From Cyanobacteria bacterium P01_F01_bin.150 (GTDB lineage Bacteria; Cyanobacteriota; Cyanobacteriia; CAKZMO01): 64,000 nucleotides of DNA. Shown here one piece after another: positions 28,485-38,712 of this stretch. The stretch lies in the NCBI GenBank assembly GCA_039189765.1, contig JBCCYL010000009.1:32001-96000 (forward strand). Direction: 5' to 3'. Every line of letters begins with the position of its first letter. Positions within the stretch are counted from its first letter, which is position 1. The notes below the pieces were generated by a model. The model saw only the letters and a program-made list of their open reading frames with translations, was not told where the DNA came from and searched no databases. The translations under genes were made by a program, and so were the position numbers.

Positions 28485-29103
28485 CCGTTCTCAAAACTTG
28501 ATTCGCTGTCAATGTCAGGCCAGGAAATGTGGGAGAAACAATCAGATTGTCGTCTCGAAACTGCTGGACCTGATACCGACCATTCACCAGGGTAAAAATG
28601 GAAAGCGTGGGTCTTTTGGGACTGCCAATATGGCGAGTACCGCCTATCCCCGCATAGTCTGCAATCCAGTATTCAGGGATACCTAAGGTCTCGTAGTCCT
28701 CTAACTTGCGAGAGTAGTCATTTTGCCAATTACTGCTAACGACTTCAGCGATCATCTTAATTGAGCGACTCTGCGTCAAAATTGACTGTTCCTGCCAGAG
28801 CGGTTCGTTATGTAGATTGGCTTCATCGATTACAGCCACATCAGGGCGAAAGGCCGTCATCGCAATATTCGGTGGACGAAAAAGCGGCCGTTGCAAGACA
28901 ACCCAAGCGAGATCTGCTAGATCTATCTGAACGCAAGTCTTCTTAGTGATAAACCCCGCTACCTGCTCATGAGGACCAGTTGGTTCCAAATCAAACACTT
29001 CTCCGTCAATCAGTTCATATCGGTTGTCACCACCATACCGTGTCAGGAACTCATCAACGCTGAGTGGCCTTTGTTGTAGAGGTGGATTGATTGCGATGGT
29101 CAT
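28474..29103 (-). CDS. Uma2/DUF820 family endonuclease
   Basis: RYELIDG, PTGPHE, RPDVAV, AEVVS, KLEDYETLGIPEYWI. Confidence 0.93.
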   Translation of the reverse strand: MTIAINPPLQQRPLSVDEFLTRYGGDNRYELIDGEVFDLEPTGPHEQVAGFITKKTCVQIDLADLAWVVLQRPLFRPPNIAMTAFRPDVAVIDEANLHNEPLWQEQSILTQSRSIKMIAEVVSSNWQNDYSRKLEDYETLGIPEYWIADYAGIGGTRHIGSPKRPTLSIFTLVNGRYQVQQFRDDNLIVSPTFPGLTLTANQVLRTVSV

Positions 29104-29168
29104 AGGACGATCGTTCCTTGAGTTAGCTTTCCTTTTTTGACCATACTATAAGGCTAAATGTTATGCAG

Positions 29169-32087
29169 TTAAAGCCAATTGCCCAACAGGACAAAGGGTG
29201 CCCAATAATAAGGAACATTAAGGTTTGGATCTGGATCGTTTAGGAGAGAAAGTTGGGCTTGTCGGAGCGCTTCTGCTTTAGTCACGTCTTGATTAACCCA
29301 AACGTCATAGAATTTTGCCATGGTTTGTGATGTGGACGCGTCATCAACGGTCCATAGGGAGGCTAAGGTACTTCGCGCCCCCGATCGCACCGCCATTCCT
29401 GCCAACCCTAAACTTGCTCGACTATCTCCCGATGCCGTTTTACAGGCACTTAGCACTAATAGCTCAATAGGGCGACGGCGATTGAGTTCACTTGACTGGA
29501 GCAGGGTACTCACTTCATTGATATTTAGACGAGTATCCCAGGCTAGGATAAACGTATTTTCGACCTGAGGTCCAAACTCTCCATGGGTGGCTAAATGCAC
29601 CACTGGTGCAGATGTTGCACTAATGCGGTCTTGAATGGTGCGCTCAGTAAATCGTTCGTTAAGCAACTGCTGACTAGACGCAACGATCGCCCCAATTTGA
29701 TCAAACTCATCATTCACATTGGGCAATGGAGTGAAGTCTTGCTCGTCTTCTGGAATTTCACTCAGCCCACCCATAAATACTTCTAATTCTTGGACATTAG
29801 GGGGAGCTGATTCCGTCAGTTGGATACCGGGGGCAAGGGCAATGCTATAGGTTTCAAGCAGGTAGCGATCGCCATCAAATAGCGTTGCCATTGGAATACT
29901 GCGGAGTGCCCCGTCCAACACAAAAACCAGGGTTTTAACACCACTCTTTTCCAGTTCTTCCGCAAAGGGGGCTAACAACCAGTCATATAGCATCTTTAAG
30001 TTTTGCTGAAGCTGAGCTTTGCTTCCACGACTTAAGCGACGCTGAGTCATAAAGCTGCGTATCAGTCGCGTGGTGTTTTCAATCTCTTGCGTAGACACAG
30101 GGCTTGCACTATTGAGAATAGAGCGTGATGGTTTATTGGAGGCAACATCGTCCGTGGCCGTTTGCTTAGTGGATAGTGAATCTGGTTGGGACTCGTTGGT
30201 TGTAGTTTGAGCGGTGGGCTGGGGTAAACTCAGAATAACTTCGAGGCGATCGCTCAAAATAATCGGGTAGATCACTGCGGCTTGTGAATCTACCTCATCG
30301 ATATTGACATCATTGGCATTGAGACACGACTCTCGAAAAAAGTTATCAAGTTCAGCAAGCTGTAGGTCTTCAATGGTTTGACGGGCTTTTTCCAGATCCT
30401 GATCCTTCTGATTTTTGTCAGATGTGGAGACCTTATTCGGCTCAAGTAACAACTCTACCAATTCACGGTGGATTGGTTCAGTGGTGTCTCGAAAGGAAAA
30501 CTGCACGTTTCGATCTACTGCTGCCAGATCCTGCCGCAACACTTTAAGCGATTGGATCGCCTGATCGTAGGCTGCGATCGCCCCCTCTCTATCATTACCC
30601 TGTCGTCGTAACTGGGCCAACTGCCAATACCATCGATAGGTGATCTCATCCGCATTAGCCCTTTGGGCTAATTGAAGGGCTTGTTGGGTTAAGTAAAGGG
30701 ACTCACCCCGCCGATTCTGTTTTTCTACATCGGTTTCTTCTTCCCTTTCAGCCTTTATGTATACGGTGCCGAGAGTTCCCAACACCTGGGCCTGAACTCT
30801 AGCATCTCCTAAAGATTCTGCCTGTTGGTTTGCTGTCGCTAACAGGGTTGCAATGTCGGTCCACTGAATTAGCTGGATGGATGGAGGAAGAGAATCGGCT
30901 GTATCGATTTGCTTTTGCTTGAGTCGTATTAGTTCTTGTGCGAGATCAACTCGCTGGTAAATACTAGTGCGGCTAGGGGGCAGAGACTGGAACTGGAGCT
31001 GAATTTGAGTTCTAAGCGGCTGTAGCTCTTGCCAAGGGATGGCTTCATCGTTTTCCGTCAGCAAAAGATGGAATTTTTTCAGACGGGCATCAATCTGGGT
31101 AGATGCTGAAGGGGATTGGTCGATCGCTTGCTGATATAGGTTTAGAGCGCTCTCAATAAGGACCTGTCGTTGGAATTCAAAGTCCGAGTCTTGAATTCGA
31201 AACGCTTTTGCCCGTTGAACATCTCCCTGGCTGAGGTAAATATCGGCGATCGCCTGGTCCAACTCAAATCGCTTGGCCATCACCAATGCCTGATCCAAAA
31301 TTGTGGTTGCATCTGGTTGCAGAGCATTCTGACCAGTCCTGTTTGGGATCTTTTGATCGATCTCCGTATTCACAGATGATGAAGGTGCCAAAATTCCAGC
31401 AATGCGGAGAGCATTCCCTAAACTATGGAGGGTCGAGACCTTTGTTGGAGAATCCGGCTCAGCGGCTAGTGTATTCCGAATCTCGGTTAGCTGGTCGATG
31501 GCTTGCTGATAAAATCCCATCGACTGTAGGGCTTGGGTTTGATTAAATTGGCTTTTAATGATGCCAGTTTGATCACCCGCTTGACGATAATAGGTTGCAG
31601 CTTGTTTCCAGGTCTCCACCGCATCACGGAACTGGCCTTGGGAAAATTGCAGTTTTCCCTGAATCATCAAGGATTGAGCCATTACATCAGCCTTGCCATT
31701 CTCAGTTAAAGGCGTTAGTAAGCTAAGGCTCGTTTCAATAGTGGTGCGAGCGTCGCGCCAGTTGCCAAGCTGTTGATGGGCTAAAGACAAGTTACTAAGG
31801 GCGATCGCCTGCTGCAACGTATCACCACTGGCCTCATAGGTGGCCAATGCCTGTTGCAAAAGCTGGATGGCTTCCCTATACTGTCCAGCTTCGTAGCGAT
31901 CGCGCCCTTGCTCGACTAGGCCTTGCGCCGTTGGGTAAAGAGAAGACGGGCTAGATGGTGCTTGCGTGGTGAAGGGGCGACTCGGCGCAACGCGATTGGA
32001 GGCCAGATGGGCGATCGCGGGTAGAGCCACAATGCAAAATACGGCTGTAAGGACTGAAATCAGCGCTAACTTATATCGTTTTCCCAT
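29169..32087 (-). CDS. Exported TPR-CHAT (caspase/HetF-like) protein
   Basis: N-terminal signal peptide, TPR repeats, LQLAELDNFF, VHLATHGEF and LVLSACKTA catalytic dyad, PYYWAPFVLLGNW. Confidence 0.93.
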   Translation of the reverse strand: MGKRYKLALISVLTAVFCIVALPAIAHLASNRVAPSRPFTTQAPSSPSSLYPTAQGLVEQGRDRYEAGQYREAIQLLQQALATYEASGDTLQQAIALSNLSLAHQQLGNWRDARTTIETSLSLLTPLTENGKADVMAQSLMIQGKLQFSQGQFRDAVETWKQAATYYRQAGDQTGIIKSQFNQTQALQSMGFYQQAIDQLTEIRNTLAAEPDSPTKVSTLHSLGNALRIAGILAPSSSVNTEIDQKIPNRTGQNALQPDATTILDQALVMAKRFELDQAIADIYLSQGDVQRAKAFRIQDSDFEFQRQVLIESALNLYQQAIDQSPSASTQIDARLKKFHLLLTENDEAIPWQELQPLRTQIQLQFQSLPPSRTSIYQRVDLAQELIRLKQKQIDTADSLPPSIQLIQWTDIATLLATANQQAESLGDARVQAQVLGTLGTVYIKAEREEETDVEKQNRRGESLYLTQQALQLAQRANADEITYRWYWQLAQLRRQGNDREGAIAAYDQAIQSLKVLRQDLAAVDRNVQFSFRDTTEPIHRELVELLLEPNKVSTSDKNQKDQDLEKARQTIEDLQLAELDNFFRESCLNANDVNIDEVDSQAAVIYPIILSDRLEVILSLPQPTAQTTTNESQPDSLSTKQTATDDVASNKPSRSILNSASPVSTQEIENTTRLIRSFMTQRRLSRGSKAQLQQNLKMLYDWLLAPFAEELEKSGVKTLVFVLDGALRSIPMATLFDGDRYLLETYSIALAPGIQLTESAPPNVQELEVFMGGLSEIPEDEQDFTPLPNVNDEFDQIGAIVASSQQLLNERFTERTIQDRISATSAPVVHLATHGEFGPQVENTFILAWDTRLNINEVSTLLQSSELNRRRPIELLVLSACKTASGDSRASLGLAGMAVRSGARSTLASLWTVDDASTSQTMAKFYDVWVNQDVTKAEALRQAQLSLLNDPDPNLNVPYYWAPFVLLGNWL

Positions 32088-32137
32088 GATTTTTTCTCAC
32101 TCCTAACGGCTTATTTTTAGGTTAATTTGCAAATCTC

Positions 32138-33919
32138 CTAAAAGGCTTCCCATTCTAGGGACATATAAATTCCCATTTCCTGTAGTGAATCATCATCACG
32201 CGTATCTACATCTACTAAGGGCAAACCAATGTCGATACGGGCGGTTAAGTCATTTTGCTGCCATTGCAGTCCAAACCCAGTTCCGACAATTGTGCTGGGG
32301 TCCGGGTCCTCATCACTGATATTCCAACCTTTTCCCACGTCCAAGAAGGGAATAAGATGTAGCACACCATCGACTTTACGGGCTTTGATGATGGGAAATC
32401 GGACTTCAGCAGATGCCAAGACGCCATTGTCGGTGAGCAATAGATCCTGACGATAGCCCCGAACAGTGCGTTGTCCGCCAAGGCCAAATTGCTCCAGGGA
32501 CAGTAAATCATCATCGGCAAATTGTAAATCGGTTTGCACTAGGAGCAGGGTGTCTTCTTCTAGAAGCCGTGCCCATTGGGCTTGGCCTCGCCACGCGACA
32601 AAGCGACTGTCGGGGCGACCATCTGTGTTGACGGTGGAGTTAAGGGCGTCTAGTCCAATGGAAAATTGCGATCGCGCCGCAAAGACATCTCGCGCTCGCC
32701 GTTTGTTCCACTCCTGGAAAAGCCGTAGGGTCGATACCCGAATCTCACCATCTTCATTGGCCCCAAAACGGGTAAGGGGAATGGGACCACCAAAGTCATT
32801 CGATAAGTCGAAGACACTGCGGGTTTGCTGGTGGCCAACGCTGACCCCCAATGCCAATTCCTCGGTTAGGGTCTGAAACAAGGGCTGGCGGTAGGCGAGT
32901 TCTGCAAAAAATGAGTCAGATTCGAGGTTGAGAATTTCAAAGGGGTCTTCAATAATTTCACTTTTGGAAATGCCGCCGCGCAGTTGAAGCGTGCTGTTAT
33001 CGGCTCCCAGGAAAGTGGAGATGCTGCCATCAAGGGCGGTACTGCCGCTGGTACGCGCTAAGCCCAAATTGAAGGTTTCTCCATAACCATTAAAATTCAG
33101 GAGATTGAGATCAAGGAACTGGCGAAAACTGCCGACGCTGGGCGATCGCGAATTGTCCAGCCCCAACACCACATTTAGGTCATCCCCTTCCACCACATCC
33201 ACCGTGAGGATACCTTCTCCTAAAGCCACGCCACCGCTTAACTCTGCTGACAAAGTGGCAATGCGGGGATCAAGCTGTAAGCGGCGCAGGGTATCAAGCA
33301 AATCTTCCACATTAAGCGGCGTCTCGATATCCCGCCAAATTCGATTGGCAATATAGCTATCCTTGAGCTTTTCATTGCCTCGAATATCAATCGTCGTTAA
33401 ACTCCCTTCCACGATTTGAATCGTAATCACCCCGTCTTGGATGGGCTGTTCGGGTAAGAAAGCTCCAGACGATGCATAACCTGCATCGATATATTTTTGA
33501 GCGACGGCAGAGCGAATTTCGTACAAGCGATTAATCGTCACTGACTCGCCAATAATCCCCTCTGGAATAACCGCCGCTAATTCTTCATCAGAGAAGATCG
33601 TATGGCCCTTGAACTCGATACGGTTTACGGTTACCCGCAGTTCTGATTCATCGCCCAGTTCTGGGGTTGAGGATGGCTCAGGAGATTGCAGTAATTCTTC
33701 AACCGAAGGTAAAGGGGTTAAGTCAGGCTCAGGCAATGGATCTGGGTCAAATTCAGGGGTTGTATCTTGGGGAAGAATTTGCTGGGCAACGAACAGCGGC
33801 TGGGCGATCGCGCTATTGGGAACAAGCGCTATCCCCAGGACAAGTGCCATGCTGGCGGGAACAGACTTCAACAAATACATGGGCCGAGCAAACGGAGATA
33901 GGGCGGGAAGATACAACAT
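32138..33919 (-). CDS. TpsB outer-membrane transporter (ShlB/FhaC/HecB family)
   Basis: POTRA motifs (YIDAGYASSGA, IQIVEG), GGQRTVRGY, C-terminal aromatic WEAF. Confidence 0.93.
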   Translation of the reverse strand: MLYLPALSPFARPMYLLKSVPASMALVLGIALVPNSAIAQPLFVAQQILPQDTTPEFDPDPLPEPDLTPLPSVEELLQSPEPSSTPELGDESELRVTVNRIEFKGHTIFSDEELAAVIPEGIIGESVTINRLYEIRSAVAQKYIDAGYASSGAFLPEQPIQDGVITIQIVEGSLTTIDIRGNEKLKDSYIANRIWRDIETPLNVEDLLDTLRRLQLDPRIATLSAELSGGVALGEGILTVDVVEGDDLNVVLGLDNSRSPSVGSFRQFLDLNLLNFNGYGETFNLGLARTSGSTALDGSISTFLGADNSTLQLRGGISKSEIIEDPFEILNLESDSFFAELAYRQPLFQTLTEELALGVSVGHQQTRSVFDLSNDFGGPIPLTRFGANEDGEIRVSTLRLFQEWNKRRARDVFAARSQFSIGLDALNSTVNTDGRPDSRFVAWRGQAQWARLLEEDTLLLVQTDLQFADDDLLSLEQFGLGGQRTVRGYRQDLLLTDNGVLASAEVRFPIIKARKVDGVLHLIPFLDVGKGWNISDEDPDPSTIVGTGFGLQWQQNDLTARIDIGLPLVDVDTRDDDSLQEMGIYMSLEWEAF

Positions 33920-33962
33920 AAAAAATGGGGCCGATTAGCTAAAGGGAACTTATTTTGGAGTC

Positions 33963-36900
33963 TTATGACGGACAAACGTTTGGGGTAGCAGGGGGGACGG
34001 CAGCAGCATTAGCATCTGCCACTAACCACAGATCTCCATTAGCATCCTGAACCATTTCCTGGGCTTCAACGGCGTCAGGCTCAACACTAATATCAAAGGA
34101 TTCTGGGGTTGCAGAGGGTTCTGAAAGCGTGGCCACATCACTACCTGCGGTGGGCAGATTGACCCAGTCCGCTACGATATCATTAGTATTGGGACGATCG
34201 CGAATACTCGGTGGAATGCCCCCACGTCCAGTCACATACAGCGCACCGAGTTCATCACTCGCCAACTGACCTGGCCCTGGACAAACTTGAGTTAGCAAGC
34301 TTTCCACATCCACCACCAATACAGGTAACTCAAACACTCCCCGGACCGGGTCTACATCCAATTCATTAATTGAAATTAGTCCTTCCGTACCAAATTCAGA
34401 GCTAGCTGTAATATCATTACTGAAGTCGAAATCTCGTTCTCGCTTTGCAATATCATTCAGATTAATAAAAAAGCCTGCAGTCGTAATGTTTCCTCCATCA
34501 CCGTCAAACGCATTCGCGTTAATGTTGTTATCGTTAGAAGGGAAACCGAAAATGGCATTTAATCCTAGTCCGATATTACCGCCATCTCCGCCACCACCTA
34601 TTTGATCAACCCCAGCTTCCGTGCTGACATCACTCTTTTCAGCTAAGAACAAGGTGTTACCAATAGTCACAATATTACCGCCATCACCAGAAGTGGCTGT
34701 TGCTCTAAACTTGCTATCTTCTCGCAACACCTGTACTCCGGAGGTAAATACGATAATATCGCCTGCTTGATTATTATCTCCAAATGCGCTGGCTGTAAGC
34801 TCACCACCGTTGGTTAAGGCCGCATCCCCTGCAATGACAAAAATCGTTCCCCCCACACTAGGGAGTGTTTGACCAGTCACGGGGTCTACTGTTACAGGTT
34901 CACCATTTAAACCCTCTGTTAGACCAGTAGCTCCTTCTGTTCTGACATCAATGAGACCGTTGTTATCCAACTTGAGGAATTCAGTAACAACAAAAATAGA
35001 GCCACCATCACCCGTCGCATTTTCATTCACAATACTGAAGAAAGAACTGGGGAAAATATCATCTCTTCCTAAATCTGGATTAAATTGGGTGCGGAATCCT
35101 TCAAGTTCAACCTCATTAGCAAAAACAATGATGTTGCCCGCATCCCCTCGCCCCGCAGCATCTACAGAATCTGCTCCACGAACTAGAGTCTGTAGTTGAG
35201 AGGCATCTGAAAGTTTTACTGAACCTGCCCGAACTGTAATAGCCCCTTCATCTGGTGTACGAACCTGATTAGGAGAGGTAAATGTACTCGTATTACTATT
35301 CTCATTCTGGATGACGCCCCCATTTCCACCAGGTTCAATATTGCTGAGAATCAAACTAAAGTCAGATAGGGTAACACGACCATCAGGAGAGTTCTCAGTG
35401 CTCCTATTATCAGCAAAAATATCTATATTGCCAGGGTTTCCGTTCCCTTCCGTGCTCACACTAATCCCTGCTAAATCTGACAATTGTAGAGAACCTGTGT
35501 TAATGACAATGCCTCCAGCGTCCCCAGTCGCATCAGCACCAACAACACTACGAATTTGAAATAGCCGTTCATCAGGTAGTCCCGTTGGGGGTGCGCCGAT
35601 GCCTGAAACATTTATGGAATTGGTGGCAATTAGAAATACTAACCCTGCATTACCTCCTCGCGGACTCAATACACTTGTATTGATTTGAGCGCTAAACCCA
35701 TTTCCCGCTTCTCCCTCAAGAACAATATCGTTGGCCCCAATGACAACAGAACCAAATAGCTGATCAAAATCCAGGGTATCTTGATTAAGCAATCTCCGTT
35801 CTAAATCGTCAAAGACCTCACGACTGTTTTCTTCGGTTTGAGCGGTTGAATTAGGATAGATGAAATTAAAAATCTGACTGCCTTGGGAAATATTAACGGT
35901 ACCTTCAGCTAGTAAAACAATGTTGCCGGCTCTACTGCTGCTATCTCCAATCTCTTGCTCAAGGAGAGTAGCAAGTTCTTCGTCTATTCCGGGCACTCGT
36001 CCACTTGCACAAGCCAGCCCAGGACCAATGCCACCACAAATACTACTTAAATTTCTAAGGGTAATATTTTGTCCGTAGAGTGTGACATCCCCTTTATTCT
36101 CCCCTGTCACATCAATCAGTGCCCGTCCTGCAATGGTAATGTCAGATACCTCAGGAGCAAAAAAGTCAGAATCGAAATCGAGCAATTTATCGCGATCGAT
36201 TTTATAACGATTGGTCCTTGGGTCTGGCCCCGTATTCTCTGGGTCTGGCTCCGGATCTGAAATAATAGGCAGGGCTACGGTTTCATTGCCACCCAACGCC
36301 GCAATTTCTACACGCCCTTTAGGCGCTTGGAGGATCCCGCCTTGGATATTGATCGGACCACCCGCCAACATAAGAGTACGACGATTAGTCATCACTAATC
36401 CTGGCGTTTCCTCCAGATCAGGACGCTCAACCGTAATCGCTCGTTCATTGATGGCGGGACGATTAGCCAATTGATTGAAAACAAGAGCGTCTGGCGTCAC
36501 TCTTAAATTGACATCTGATCTTGTATCGTCCAACGCAAAATGTTGATTATCTCCAAACCTAATCTCATCGGCAGTGCTGGCAATAAATGAACCGCGCAAA
36601 TCCAACTGGGCATTTTCACCAAACACAATGCCATCCGGATTAAGCAGAAAAAGGTTTGCGGTTCCGTCGTTTGCAACACCTAAAAGCCCATTGATATCAG
36701 ACTGAGTCCCCCCTACAACCCGACCAATTATATTTTCAACACCACTAGCGGCTCTAAATCTTACGGCTTCACCAGAATTAATGTCAAAACTCTCAAAACT
36801 ATGAAACAGATTCCTGCCTCGTCGGAAACCATCTATTATTAAGAACGCATTATTTCCATCGTCATCGATTCCTTGGCGATCAACTTGGGTGCCCAGACTA

Positions 36901-37085
36901 GTAGGGCTGCTATTAGGTTCGGGGACGGGTTCGGCGATCGCTCCTTCTCCCATTCCGATCACCATTGCCAGAGAAAAGAGAGAGGTGATCGCCCCTTGTT
37001 TGAGTCGAGTAGAAAATACTATTTTGAGGGAAGGAGCTGAACCGGAATCAGAAACCTTAGATACTGGGGAAGATGCAGCAATCAT
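33963..37085 (-). CDS. TpsA filamentous-haemagglutinin N-terminal domain exoprotein
   Basis: NLFHSFESF, IIGRVVGG..SDING, ANLFLLNPDGIVFG, GxAGNIxI beta-helix repeats, C-terminal C..VTGRGGIP..VEAQ..C. Confidence 0.92.
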   Translation of the reverse strand: MIAASSPVSKVSDSGSAPSLKIVFSTRLKQGAITSLFSLAMVIGMGEGAIAEPVPEPNSSPTSLGTQVDRQGIDDDGNNAFLIIDGFRRGRNLFHSFESFDINSGEAVRFRAASGVENIIGRVVGGTQSDINGLLGVANDGTANLFLLNPDGIVFGENAQLDLRGSFIASTADEIRFGDNQHFALDDTRSDVNLRVTPDALVFNQLANRPAINERAITVERPDLEETPGLVMTNRRTLMLAGGPINIQGGILQAPKGRVEIAALGGNETVALPIISDPEPDPENTGPDPRTNRYKIDRDKLLDFDSDFFAPEVSDITIAGRALIDVTGENKGDVTLYGQNITLRNLSSICGGIGPGLACASGRVPGIDEELATLLEQEIGDSSSRAGNIVLLAEGTVNISQGSQIFNFIYPNSTAQTEENSREVFDDLERRLLNQDTLDFDQLFGSVVIGANDIVLEGEAGNGFSAQINTSVLSPRGGNAGLVFLIATNSINVSGIGAPPTGLPDERLFQIRSVVGADATGDAGGIVINTGSLQLSDLAGISVSTEGNGNPGNIDIFADNRSTENSPDGRVTLSDFSLILSNIEPGGNGGVIQNENSNTSTFTSPNQVRTPDEGAITVRAGSVKLSDASQLQTLVRGADSVDAAGRGDAGNIIVFANEVELEGFRTQFNPDLGRDDIFPSSFFSIVNENATGDGGSIFVVTEFLKLDNNGLIDVRTEGATGLTEGLNGEPVTVDPVTGQTLPSVGGTIFVIAGDAALTNGGELTASAFGDNNQAGDIIVFTSGVQVLREDSKFRATATSGDGGNIVTIGNTLFLAEKSDVSTEAGVDQIGGGGDGGNIGLGLNAIFGFPSNDNNINANAFDGDGGNITTAGFFINLNDIAKRERDFDFSNDITASSEFGTEGLISINELDVDPVRGVFELPVLVVDVESLLTQVCPGPGQLASDELGALYVTGRGGIPPSIRDRPNTNDIVADWVNLPTAGSDVATLSEPSATPESFDISVEPDAVEAQEMVQDANGDLWLVADANAAAVPPATPNVCPS

Positions 37086-37602
37086 GGCGGGGGTATGCCT
37101 CTTAAAAACGGGGGAACCACTCTAATCAAGAAAGTGGATAATGCTTGATAGTAGAAATATCAGGAATTTTCCACCAATGCAAGGGATTTGCATTGAAAAT
37201 TCTGAGGTAGAGAATAGGGTTAATGACAGTGTTTTTTGGGGGGCGATCGTTTGCCGTGTTTGAATTAATGCCAAATTATGCGCCGAGCTACTGAAGCGTC
37301 AGTGGCGATCGATTCTCTCAATCTATAGATATCTTTGCGATGCTTGATTAACAGAATAATAACTACTTATTTTTCATCAATCGTTCAGGCGAAAGTTGTT
37401 CCACATACGATTGAATTTGTAGCTGAATCGATGGTGTATTCATGGACGTATCTCCAAGAGACAGATATATGTTCAAACACTAGAACTATTTTTTAGGTTG
37501 ACATAAGGTGTCAACACTAATCGTTATAATATTAGAACATCTGAATTAAAGGGTCAAACAAAATTGTATTTCTCGCAAATCCCTTGATGTTGCATTTATC
37601 GC

Positions 37603-37720
37603 CTTGGCTACTGAAGTTATGGCTACACAAACGAAGTCTACCTCCGTGGACTAGGGCGATCAAGAATTCTGGTAACCCACGCAGGCGGGTTTTGTTTGTA
37701 TAGCCTTAGTTTCAACGACT
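37603..37720. mobile_element. MITE-like element (family B, copy 2)
   Basis: GGCTACACAAACGAAGTCTACCTCCGTGGACTAG...AACCCACGCAGGCGGGTTTTGTTTGTATAGCC is colinear with 18463-18584. Confidence 0.8.
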
Positions 37721-37839
37721 TCGCTTTTTTGACTAAAATAGCAAACCCCAGAAGGGGAACTCTTACTTACGTTCAGAGAGAGTTCTCAAGAAGCTTAGAG
37801 TAATGTAAGACATTTGCCTCAAAAGTTTGCATAGCCGAA

Positions 37840-38712
37840 TTATTCTGTGGGACTTTCGCAAAGAGTCATCTTAATTTGCTCCAGCCGTTGGGCCAACTCA
37901 GGGGACGGATTTTCCACTGAAAATAGGGCGTCGAGACTGTCATACAGCAACCGTAGATCATGCTGAATAAAGAAGCGCGATCGCCGCAGCGCCAATTCCT
38001 CAGCCGTTGCCCCACTGGAGTGAACTTGCTCCTCTAGCTGAGATAGCTCTGCGTCTATCATGCGTCGGTCTTCGCTCCCTAAACGTTCCAATAAAAGTGG
38101 GTCAGTGGATGCGCCATCGGACGTTATGCCGACAAACGTCAAGGTATAAAGCTGTCCTGGCTGTAACTCTTCTCCCGCATATCGCACGGCAGTATCAGTA
38201 GGCTGAACTGAGTACGTCCACATCTTCTGATTGTCTAGCAAATTGCGGACAATAATCTGACTGACATCCCCCTGCCACACAATCAGGGGGCGATCGGTCC
38301 ACACCATAAATGGCCCATTACGGACCTCTTCTAACTTGAATGCATAAGGACTAATCGGACAGAACTTGGAGGTTCGGCTTCCCCCCGGTTCACCCCATCT
38401 GAAAAAATCGACTAAATCATCAGCCATTTCAGACACCGAGCCAGTGCCCGGTTCATCCCAATCACTATCAAACTCTTCCTCTCCCTGATCATTACCGGAT
38501 GTCTGTCCGATTAGAGATGCCTGTCCGATTGGAGCGGACAGGGACTTCTGCCGCTGGGCTAAATCAACGGGGGCAAATGGGGCTAGTGGTGAAACATTAG
38601 CGCCAAACGATAGAGAGTGTGTAGCGATCGCTATAGATGTATGAGCCAATCCCAAACAGCCAAGTAAGACAGTAAATGCAGCACACCGATATAAACGAGA
38701 GGAATTAAACAT
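37840..38712 (-). CDS. DUF928-like exported protein
   Basis: Signal peptide, PGGSR..C.ISP, W.DRP..VW, YAGEELQPGQLY, L.YD.L; start overlaps the CHASE2 gene stop. Confidence 0.75.
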   Translation of the reverse strand: MFNSSRLYRCAAFTVLLGCLGLAHTSIAIATHSLSFGANVSPLAPFAPVDLAQRQKSLSAPIGQASLIGQTSGNDQGEEEFDSDWDEPGTGSVSEMADDLVDFFRWGEPGGSRTSKFCPISPYAFKLEEVRNGPFMVWTDRPLIVWQGDVSQIIVRNLLDNQKMWTYSVQPTDTAVRYAGEELQPGQLYTLTFVGITSDGASTDPLLLERLGSEDRRMIDAELSQLEEQVHSSGATAEELALRRSRFFIQHDLRLLYDSLDALFSVENPSPELAQRLEQIKMTLCESPTE

